Assembly: GCA_002505695.1 (NCBI GenBank)
Contig: DAVU01000020.1
Location: 97,107 to 161,106 of the forward strand
Direction of reading: 5' to 3'
Origin: Euryarchaeota archaeon UBA487
GTDB lineage: Archaea > Thermoplasmatota > Poseidoniia > Poseidoniales > Thalassarchaeaceae
Length of the DNA stretch: 64,000 bases
The notes under the pieces were generated by a model. It searched no databases, was not told the DNA's origin, and worked only from the letters and a program-made list of their open reading frames with translations. This document shows positions 39,103 through 48,200 of the stretch, in pieces. The translations under genes and the position numbers were made by a program. Position 1 is the stretch's first letter; every line of letters begins with the position of its first letter.

Positions 39103-39947
39103 GGCTCCACCGTCGGGTCCCATCCAGAGACATAATTGGAATCTAACTCATTCATCTCATCGATTATTCCTGAGAGATCGACATCCATGGATTGGAAGTT
39201 CTCAAGCTGTCTTCCGGGGTGGCTGGATTTCGGGATTACGACTGCCCCGTTATCTATACACCACTTTATCGCTGCCTGAGGAGCTGTGAATCCCAAACCC
39301 TCGCACATGGATTCCAGTCGTCTATCCTGTGCCTTTTGCCCCCTAGCTAATGGGGAGTATGCCATCGTCAGAGCTCCGATATCCTTGGTTGCCTGATGCA
39401 ATTCTTTCCTCTGAATCCAAGGATTCAATTCAACTTGGTTTACAGATGGTAAAATGCGAGCATAACTCTTGAGTTGCTCCAGATGGTGGAGACCGTAATT
39501 GCTCACCCCGATTGATCTTACCATCCCTTCAGAAAGAAGATCTTCCATCGCCCTCCAAACGGGCTCTCTGGCAGTAGGGTCCTCTGGTGGTGCGTGGACT
39601 AGGTAGAGGTCGATTTGCTCCAATCCCAACAATTCCAAACTGAGTCTGCAATGTTCGATCGTAGATTCATAACCAGTTGCATGCACTCTCCTCAACTTTG
39701 TGACGACAGTTATTTCTTCCCTCGGTACGCTTGAGTCCCTTATGGCCTCTCCAACCTCTTTTTCATTACCGTAAGCCCTGGCGGTATCGATCAATCTATA
39801 GCCGATTGATATTGCATTTGTCACCGCTTGAAGGCACTCACCGGGTTGACTCATCATCCAAACCCCAAGTCCAATCACAGGCATGTCTATTCCTGAGATT
39901 CCCTCCTTGGTATTCGCATCATGATTCACTGCTCTCAGTTCGGCCAT
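39099..39947 (-). CDS. Aldo/keto reductase
   Basis: GLGVW...IDTARAYGNE...VTKL... and IGVSNY are AKR-family signatures. Confidence 0.85.
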   Translation of the reverse strand: MAELRAVNHDANTKEGISGIDMPVIGLGVWMMSQPGECLQAVTNAISIGYRLIDTARAYGNEKEVGEAIRDSSVPREEITVVTKLRRVHATGYESTIEHCRLSLELLGLEQIDLYLVHAPPEDPTAREPVWRAMEDLLSEGMVRSIGVSNYGLHHLEQLKSYARILPSVNQVELNPWIQRKELHQATKDIGALTMAYSPLARGQKAQDRRLESMCEGLGFTAPQAAIKWCIDNGAVVIPKSSHPGRQLENFQSMDVDLSGIIDEMNELDSNYVSGWDPTVEP

Positions 39948-40000
39948 AATAACCGGAGGAAGTGATCAGTTTTAGCGCTACGGAGTGAGGAAAATTGTGT

Positions 40001-40366
40001 TTATGTCAATATTGACATGAATTTCCAACCCCCCAGCGCCATCAATGGACATCCCAACGATGTCAGGCCAACATACATTGCCATAGAGGGGAATCCGGAA
40101 GAGTTGCCGATCTCAACTGTTTGTAATGCGTATGCGGACATAGTCGTAAATGAGCCAAGTAGGCCGATGCCCAACAAATGTACGGTTTCCTTCGAGGCAT
40201 GACCCATTGAAAACCCAGCCATAAGTGCCCCCAGACCGAATGAGCCGATCAGATTTATCGATAAGGTAGCAGTCGAAATGTTGGATGTGGGGAAAATTGA
40301 TTCCGAAGACCACCTAAGGACCGCTCCGATCGCACCCCCAAGGGCAACGAGGAGTACGTTTTGCAT
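40001..40366 (-). CDS. crcB: Fluoride ion channel CrcB/Fluc
   Basis: A start at MQNVLLVALGGAIGAVLRW gives a 4-TM protein of about 121 aa with the CrcB-typical GxxGA.LR and GSFTT motifs. Confidence 0.8.
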   Translation of the reverse strand: MQNVLLVALGGAIGAVLRWSSESIFPTSNISTATLSINLIGSFGLGALMAGFSMGHASKETVHLLGIGLLGSFTTMSAYALQTVEIGNSSGFPSMAMYVGLTSLGCPLMALGGWKFMSILT

Positions 40367-40397
40367 GGCCAAATCTAGTAGACTAGGAAAATAGAAG

Positions 40398-42137
40398 TTG
40401 TCGCAAAAAAATGAAGATGAAATAGATTTGTGGGGCATTACAGGATTTCATTTGGGGGTGGTGTCACAAGGTGGTGTGGATTCACAACACAGTTCACCGG
40501 ATAATCGGACGGGAGAAAGTTTCCCCTCCTGCCTCAGAGATGACAGTCAATCCTCTCCCAAGAGATGGGTCTTCCTCCTCTACGACCAACTCAACCTATC
40601 GTTGATACCCTTCCATGACGAACATCCAACTGAAACTGGACTCATTCTCATCGAGTCAATTGCAAAGGGCACTAGTCGTCCTTATCACAAACAAAAGATC
40701 GCAGTGTTGATTTCAAACATGCGTCATTTTGCAATTGAGGCCCAGAAAAAGGGTCACCCTGTTTCATACATCATGACGAAGGAGGATTATTCAGTCACAC
40801 TCCAAAATCTAGGTGGTTTAGGAACCATTCACACAATCAGGGCCGCCGAGAAGTCTACGCGAGATGAGTTATCCCCCCTGATTGATTCCGGACTGCTCAT
40901 TGAGCATCCCCACAATGGATGGATTACGCCCATCGATTGGTTCACAGAGGCCCTCGGAACAAAGCCTCCTTTCAGAATGGCACCCTTCTATCAAAAATTC
41001 AGGCAGGAAACTGGCATATTGATGCATGATTCCAAACCTATTGGCGGAAAATATTCGTTTGATTCGGAGAACAGGTCCCCATGGGACGGAATGCATGATC
41101 TACCCGAACCTCCATCCTATCGCAGAGATAACATTGACCTAGAAGTGGAGGAACTTGTAAACTCAAGATTTGAAGAGCATCCAGGCTCAGTTGACCTTTC
41201 TGCTCAGCCAACGACGATCAGCCAGGCGAACGATGCGTTGGACTATGCAATTTCAGTACTGCCTTTATTCGGGAAGTATGAAGATGCCATGACTACACAG
41301 TCTAGGGGTCTATTTCACAGCAGGCTGGCCTCAGTGCTAAATCTGAGTAGGCTGCTCCCCATGGATGTTGTTGACAGGGTACTCTCCACGGACGCCCCAA
41401 TAAATAGCGTTGAAGGCTTCATTCGACAAATTGTCTGGAGGGAATACGTCCACCACATCCACGTGGTGACAGATGGCTTTCAGAATTTGGAGGTGAACAG
41501 GACCCTCAACACCGAGAACGACGCCGGGTGGTGGAAATCTGAACGTAAAGGCGTTGATCCAAAGCATAACCCCAATCACCTGAGTCAGAATCGTAAACTT
41601 CCAGTTGCTTATTGGGGTGAGAAATCAGGATTAAATTGCCTCGACCAAACTGTTCAATCAGTCATGGAAGATGGGTGGACCCACCACATTCCGAGGCTGA
41701 TGGTTCAAAGTAACATCGCTAGCCTACTAGATGTGAATCCCAGAGAGCTTACCGACTGGTTTCACGCATCATTCATCGATGCATACGACTGGGTCGTGGA
41801 GCCAAATGTAATGGGAATGGGAACTTATGCACTGGGCGATTCAATGATGACCAAGCCCTATGTATCGGGGACTCCTTACATAAATCGCATGGGGGACTAT
41901 TGTAAATCATGCTCTCTTGACCCAAAGAAAACTTGTCCCATATCCTCGCTTTACTGGGCTTACCTGGAAAGACATAGGAGCGCGTTTGAAGGTAATTTCA
42001 GAATGTCGATGCCACTAAGGACGCTCTCTAAAAGATCGGAAAACAAGAAAATTGACGATCGCATCGTGTTCGAATCCGTATACGAAAGCCTCTCTGCGGG
42101 CAGGATCTGGAGACCTGACGGAAGTCAGACGCTGTGA
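40398..42137 (+). CDS. Cryptochrome/photolyase-family protein (FeS-BCP / PhrB-like, COG3046)
   Basis: Photolyase-like blocks are present (WREYVHHI, FHASFIDAYDWVVEPNVMGMGTYALGDSMMTKPY), along with a C-terminal Cys cluster (NCLDQ...DYCKSC...TCP) consistent with the 4Fe-4S FeS-BCP subclass. The N-terminal 60 aa are likely not translated, so the start is uncertain. Confidence 0.65.
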   Translation: MSQKNEDEIDLWGITGFHLGVVSQGGVDSQHSSPDNRTGESFPSCLRDDSQSSPKRWVFLLYDQLNLSLIPFHDEHPTETGLILIESIAKGTSRPYHKQKIAVLISNMRHFAIEAQKKGHPVSYIMTKEDYSVTLQNLGGLGTIHTIRAAEKSTRDELSPLIDSGLLIEHPHNGWITPIDWFTEALGTKPPFRMAPFYQKFRQETGILMHDSKPIGGKYSFDSENRSPWDGMHDLPEPPSYRRDNIDLEVEELVNSRFEEHPGSVDLSAQPTTISQANDALDYAISVLPLFGKYEDAMTTQSRGLFHSRLASVLNLSRLLPMDVVDRVLSTDAPINSVEGFIRQIVWREYVHHIHVVTDGFQNLEVNRTLNTENDAGWWKSERKGVDPKHNPNHLSQNRKLPVAYWGEKSGLNCLDQTVQSVMEDGWTHHIPRLMVQSNIASLLDVNPRELTDWFHASFIDAYDWVVEPNVMGMGTYALGDSMMTKPYVSGTPYINRMGDYCKSCSLDPKKTCPISSLYWAYLERHRSAFEGNFRMSMPLRTLSKRSENKKIDDRIVFESVYESLSAGRIWRPDGSQTL

Positions 42138-43693
42138 TTCTTTTTTCAGTCATAGTGATTAGATACCTCCGTAGGCTCGGATATAGTGTGAATGGCTATT
42201 CAAATCGGCTTCCTAAGGAGCCTCGGCTTGCTTCGAGCGCAGTAATCACTAGATATGTGAACGGAGATGTGGAGATGTTGATGGGACTAAGACACCCAGA
42301 AGTCCCCACCTTCCCCGAATTTTGGGCCTTTCCCGGAGGGGGTGTTTCCCCCCAAGATAGAAAATTTTCGGACGACAGGATCTTTCTAGCGGGTCGGAAG
42401 GAGGGGGCCTCGATCGTGACGCTTTTCAGAGAACTGGCGGAAGAAACTGGGTTTGTTCTCGATACCGGTGGTGAATGGGTGGTTGTGAGCGATTCTATCA
42501 GAAAAAGGCTCTGTACAGACAACACCGCTTGGGCCGAGGCAATCGATGAGGGTATTTTCACAATTGACGAAAGATTGGCTTCCCTTGTCACCGAACGAAC
42601 CACGCCCCCTCTAGCACCTGTTCGCTATACGAACAGATTTTATCACATACATTTCGGAGGGGCCGACATAGAACCGAAGCACCCGCCCGGGAGAAGTGAA
42701 TTTACCCAATTCAAGTGGTGGGCTCCTAAAGAACTGCTATCTGAATGGCAATACGGCCGAGCAAGGATGGCCCCCCCACAAGTCACCTTTGTTAGGGACA
42801 TTGTTGAACAGAGTATCGATGGAGAAGGGGTTCTTTCGACATTGTCCAAGATGTCAAAGATCCCCCCGATGGGACGACATAAGATAGAATTTGCACCGGG
42901 TGTCGAGTGCCTGCCAATACCAACGGCCACACTCCCTCCCGCCACCCATACCAATTGCTTCATCATCGGCAGGGGCAAAAAAGTCCTGATCGTGGATCCT
43001 GCGATTCAGAACCAGGAAGGTTTTGAAATCCTCAGAAGGAGGCTAATTGAGTTACAAGGAGAGGGTAAAACTGTGATGGGGGTGTTATACACCCATAAGC
43101 ACCCGGATCACATTGGCGATCAGTCAATGATCAAAGTGTTGCTAGATGGCCAGATCTTGGCCTCTGCTGAGACTATCGAGGAAATAGGATGTGGCACTGA
43201 GATAGCGGATGGTCAGGTAATTGACTTGTTGGATGGATATCCATGGACTGTAATCGAGACTCCTGGGCATTGCCCTGGCATGGTTTCGCTGGTCTCCGAG
43301 ATGGGGGTTTTGTCAGCTGACAATGTGACAATGGTGGGCACAATCCTTGTTCCCTCGAAAGACGGTTCAATGACAAAGTACTTCCGCAGTCTTGAACGAC
43401 TCAAGGCCCTCAGACCCAAGCTTCTTTTCCCGAGTCATGGCCCTGTTTGCGCCTCGCCAGATAGGCTGCTCGGAAGAACTATCAATCATCGTAAACAGAG
43501 GCATGAGAGGATTTTGAAGGCCATCCAGAGTGGCATCCATAGTCTAGCTGAGATAACTCTGGAAGCATATCAAGACTCGCCAGGTGCTCCAGTCGCGCTA
43601 TCAAGGGACCAAGCGCTTTCCCACATCAATGGACTGATCGAGCAACGCCTAGTGATAGAATCAGATGATGGCTACCGTGCCCTGAGTCAATAG
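42134..43693 (+). CDS. NUDIX hydrolase fused to MBL-fold metallo-hydrolase
   Basis: Nudix box GGGVSPQDRK...FRELAEETGF sits in the N-terminal half. An HxHxDH-type MBL motif (LYTHKHPDHIGD) with downstream His/Asp ligands sits in the C-terminal half. The ATGA overlaps the photolyase gene. Confidence 0.7.
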   Translation: MILFSVIVIRYLRRLGYSVNGYSNRLPKEPRLASSAVITRYVNGDVEMLMGLRHPEVPTFPEFWAFPGGGVSPQDRKFSDDRIFLAGRKEGASIVTLFRELAEETGFVLDTGGEWVVVSDSIRKRLCTDNTAWAEAIDEGIFTIDERLASLVTERTTPPLAPVRYTNRFYHIHFGGADIEPKHPPGRSEFTQFKWWAPKELLSEWQYGRARMAPPQVTFVRDIVEQSIDGEGVLSTLSKMSKIPPMGRHKIEFAPGVECLPIPTATLPPATHTNCFIIGRGKKVLIVDPAIQNQEGFEILRRRLIELQGEGKTVMGVLYTHKHPDHIGDQSMIKVLLDGQILASAETIEEIGCGTEIADGQVIDLLDGYPWTVIETPGHCPGMVSLVSEMGVLSADNVTMVGTILVPSKDGSMTKYFRSLERLKALRPKLLFPSHGPVCASPDRLLGRTINHRKQRHERILKAIQSGIHSLAEITLEAYQDSPGAPVALSRDQALSHINGLIEQRLVIESDDGYRALSQ

Positions 43694-43733
43694 TAGGCCA
43701 AGGTTCATCTCTTCTTCGGTCTTCCGGGCCCAC

Positions 43734-44324
43734 ATGGATGGCGCTACAATCGCATTACTGGCCGGTTCGAGTTGTTTTGGGATAGTCCTTTTAATCACTC
43801 TTTTTTGGAGCATAGGGCTCTACAACAGGATAGTTCGAAAAGAGAACAGAGTCGAACAGTCTTGGTCCAACGTGGATGTCGTCCTCCAACAACGATATGA
43901 TCAGTTTACCAGCCTCGTTGAGACAGTATCAGGATATGCAAAGCACGAAAAGGACCTTTTCATGCAATTTGCAGATGTACGAATGGCCGCCTCTGGCGCA
44001 TCAAAAGGCGGCGACGTCGGAGGTGTTTCTAAGAACGAAGCCCTATTGGGACAGATGCTACCAAAAATTTATGCCGTTGCAGAACAGTACCCAGACCTCA
44101 AAGCAAATGAGTCCTTCCTCCAGCTCCAAAATCAAATAAGTGAAATCGAGAATATAATCAGCGACAGGAGAGAATCCTACAATGCTGAAGCAACCAGTTT
44201 CAACAACCTGATCGAGGTTTTCCCAAACGTCATCATTGCCAATTGGATGGGCAAATCTGAGATGGAATTGTTCGTGATGGATGACCTAGACCAGAGGAAA
44301 AGGCCTTCTCTCGAATTCAATTGA
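43734..44324 (+). CDS. LemA family protein
   Basis: N-terminal TM followed by NRIVRKENRVEQSWSNVDVVLQQRYD...AEQYPDLKANESFLQLQ, the LemA consensus. Confidence 0.85.
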   Translation: MDGATIALLAGSSCFGIVLLITLFWSIGLYNRIVRKENRVEQSWSNVDVVLQQRYDQFTSLVETVSGYAKHEKDLFMQFADVRMAASGASKGGDVGGVSKNEALLGQMLPKIYAVAEQYPDLKANESFLQLQNQISEIENIISDRRESYNAEATSFNNLIEVFPNVIIANWMGKSEMELFVMDDLDQRKRPSLEFN

Positions 44325-44348
44325 TCGTGGCAGGTTTGTGTTCGAGGC

Positions 44349-45212
44349 GTGAGAATTGTGGACGATCCTTGGAAGTCCATGCCGAAAAACAATGGCTTTG
44401 AATCCGAATCCAGAATGATAGAGATGGATGATGGATGGCAGCTGCGTGTCGTCATCTGCTCGCCTCAATCAGCAGTTGATGCTCCTCCATTGGTAATGGT
44501 GCCTGGTTGGAATAGTGTTCTGGAGGGCTGGCGAGAGATCGTCGAGACCTGGGCACTCACTAGGAGAGTGTATTACATAGAAACCAGAGAGAAAGGAAGT
44601 GCGCAATCCAAAGGGAAATTGAGAAAGTCAACACTATCGATACAACAAAGTGTCCAGGATCTCTTGACTGTGATTGGGAATTTCCCCGAGGTCCAGTCAG
44701 AATGCGATTGGTTCGCCTCATCTCTGGGTGCGACCGTCTTGCTAGAAGCATTGAATCAGGATGTTTTCAAAGCTAGGAGCGTGTCATTATTAGCCCCAAA
44801 CGTCAGCTTCGACTTTCCATTATGGAGCAGGCCCTTGATAAAAATGCCCAGTATCTTCTACCCCCCACTGATCAGGCTAGCAATATTTTACCTGAGTATC
44901 AAATTGAAGGAGGAGGGTCAGAAGGTACGTTATCGAAGAACATTGCTCTCATCCAATGTTAAGAGGCTTAGGCTAAGTGCATTGTCCAATGGATCATACA
45001 AAATGGATATTGACCTCTCCAAGGTAGTTTCCAGAGTGGCTCTAATCACTGCAGAATCAGACAAATTACATGCAGATAGCGCGATAGCCTTTCTTATGGA
45101 AAATCTTCCCCGGGTAGCCTTAATTGAGGTCCCAAGTAATCAATTTGCCCATAACCCAGAAGTCATTCCAATTCTGGAGGCTTTCCAAAATGGCGATCGC
45201 CCACCCAAATAG
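44349..45212 (+). CDS. Alpha/beta-fold hydrolase
   Basis: PLVMVPGW is a HGxx-like oxyanion region, and a nucleophile elbow-like FASSLGA is present. Confidence 0.55.
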   Translation: MRIVDDPWKSMPKNNGFESESRMIEMDDGWQLRVVICSPQSAVDAPPLVMVPGWNSVLEGWREIVETWALTRRVYYIETREKGSAQSKGKLRKSTLSIQQSVQDLLTVIGNFPEVQSECDWFASSLGATVLLEALNQDVFKARSVSLLAPNVSFDFPLWSRPLIKMPSIFYPPLIRLAIFYLSIKLKEEGQKVRYRRTLLSSNVKRLRLSALSNGSYKMDIDLSKVVSRVALITAESDKLHADSAIAFLMENLPRVALIEVPSNQFAHNPEVIPILEAFQNGDRPPK

Positions 45213-45247
45213 TCCTCCAGCGACACATATCGAAGTCGAGATTATAC

Positions 45248-48200
45248 ATGGTCTGCATCATAGGGAGTATAGATATGAATTACGGTAGGGCGAAAAGCGC
45301 CATTTTTCTATCTTTCTTGATCATCGTGATGGATGCATCAGCTGGAGCATCAATGGTGAATCAAAACTCATTCTCGGGGGTCGAGGAATGGCCCTCCTAT
45401 GAGATCCCCTACGACGCCAGTGACCCGGTCGAGGAGCCAGGCTGGTGGTTATCTTTTGGATACGATACCAATTCGAATGGCATGGATGATCGATTGGAGG
45501 GCATAATCTACGGATCGTCGGAGTCAATCTCTCCAACATCTGTGGTAGGCCCAGATGGTAGAAAAACTGTCGCAGTGGTGATAAACTACGCTTGGCACCC
45601 AGGGGAATCGGACGCGGATTCTCTGAATTCAACTCTGTTGGGCCATGGTTGGACCCCGGAAGGATCCTTTTTCTTCATAATGGACATTTTGGATTCAATT
45701 GTGGTTGACAGAGTTCCGGTTTCGGCATTGAATGACATACTTTCTTTGAGTGGAGTTGTCCTCGTTGAACAACAGAATGTGCTGGAGCCCTACCTAAATG
45801 TGGCCACTAAGGGCTCCAAGGTACGGTCCAGTGATTTTTACCCTGAGTCTTTCTGGAGCAACGGTTACATGGGCGATGGTGTTGTAATCGCTGTTCTGGA
45901 CACGGGAGTTGATAACGAGCATTTCTCACTGGACGACTTCTCCGACGCTAACCAAGACAATCAGAACGAGCCCAGCGACCTAAATGACCCGAAATGGGTA
46001 GCTGGATGCGATGCAACCTCCAGCAACCAAGTAGAGTGTTCAGATGGTAATTTCGATCCGGATGATGGAGATGGCCACGGCACCCATGTGGCAGGAATCG
46101 CACTGGGCACCGGTGATTCGGATCGTGACAACATAGGATACTCCCCGGGATCGTATCTCATTGACGTTAAAGTTCTCAACGACATTGGTACAACGAACTC
46201 TCAGGCAACGCTACGTGGCATAAACTGGGTGGCGAACAACGTCAATACAGACTGGGGCAACAACGAATCCAGCAGGGGTATCGATGTGATGTCTATGTCT
46301 TTTGGTTCAATCAGCAACCCCGGAGGTGACGATCAAGGGGATGATGGCCAGAATGCGGATGCAAGGGCAGTTAATGCTGCAGTAGATGCAGGCGTGGTAG
46401 CTGTAGCAGCCATAGGGAATGATGGAGCCAACAGAGTGACCTCCGTTGGTGCTGCCGACAAGGCGATTACAGTTGGCTCCATAGATGATGATAACTCCAT
46501 AGAGAGGGATGATGATGAAATTGCTTCCTATTCCAACTATGGGCCAAGAACAGACGATGGCGATGGAGATTCTCTGGATGAGTTGAAGCCCGACGTAGTA
46601 GCACCTGGAAGTGGAATCATTTCTGCTCAATATGCGGCCCCAAACCCACTTCCTGTTGGCGATCAACCCAGAGCCTCTGACGATTACACGAGTAAAGACG
46701 GAACAAGCATGGCCTGCCCCGCAGTTGCTGGTCTCGCGGCACTGATACTCTCATATGACAATACATTGACACCAGAGGATGTCAAAAACATCATCAAACA
46801 AACCGCCGAACAAAGAGGAGCCCCCAGTAGCCCTTCGATTGATAATAGGTGGAACAATCAATACGGATATGGCATAATCGACGGCGAGACTGCATTCCGT
46901 TGCCTGATCGGGGGCGAATGCACCCAGATCGTTGGCGGGGCGGAATGGGTTCATGTTCAGTCCCCTCTTGAGGGAGAATGGGTAGCTCAGGGAAAAAACT
47001 ACTCTTTCAGTGGCATACTCAACAAGAGCGATCCGGGCATCAGCGGGGTCGACGCAATTGAAGTAAGTGCTGAGCTAACCTACAGAAAAGAGATGCCGAA
47101 TGGTAAGATTGAATCATTCAAGACCATGGTATTGAACGAAACGAATATCAGTTTAGTTGAAGGAAGGTGGACCACGACTGTATTCGTTCCTGAGATAGAT
47201 GTGAATGACTATTACAACGCAAATCTCAGACTATCTGCCACGGCGACAAATGAGTCAGGAAGAAGGAGCCAGACCAATCAAAGCACGCATCCCATTGGAA
47301 ATATAGAGGTAGGGATATCAGCGCCGGAACAGGACTCGGTCGTTTCGGGTTCGATGCCCGTCGAAGGATCTTATTCGACAATCGATGGGGGGTTCTTGCG
47401 CTGGAAGATAGACAACGGCGATTGGGAGGATGGGCCGACTCTGTCGGAGCAGAATATCAATCGAGATGGGTACACAGGTGAGTTCCAATTCTCAATAGAC
47501 ACCCAAGACTACGAGGAGGGTGAACATGATCTCTATCTCCAGGTGATCTCGGGCAAGGGTCTGAAGAGCGAAGTTGAGCGCAGAACGATTGACATCGATA
47601 ACCTGCCCCCAAGGCCTAACCTCATATTGATGGATGGGGTGCAGGTGACTGACTACGGGATTCCAATCAGGGATTCCCAGGTTGGATCATTTCTCGAGGT
47701 ACGAGGAGAGGTAAGAAACGAAGGAGACGTTGGCGCCAACGACATACTGGTTTCACTCTTTGAGAACGGGCAACGGAGGTATGAGACCACCATAGAAAGG
47801 GTATCCGTTGGCGAGCAAGTTCCCTTCACGCTCTACTGGAGCCCATCCATTGCTGGTACCAAGGAGGTCAAAGTGATAGTTGACAATACCAACTCCATAG
47901 AGGAATTGGACGAGGCCGACAACACCGCGTCGATCGACTTTGAAGTCAATTCACTAGCGGAGGGAGTGGATATCGTGGTTCTGGAAGGAGGGGTATTTGC
48001 TTCGCCGGCCATCCCCACGCCCGGTGATCAGTTCATACTCAGCACGATGGTGAAAAATCAAGGATCTGAAGATGCATCTTCCGTTGAGGTCACATTCTAC
48101 TCGATGAGCTCTGGAGGAGTTGGTTGGTTGCCGGTTTCTTCCAGATCCTTGTCAATGCTTCCATCGGGACAGAGTGTGATAATTGAGTTCCCAGTCCAAG

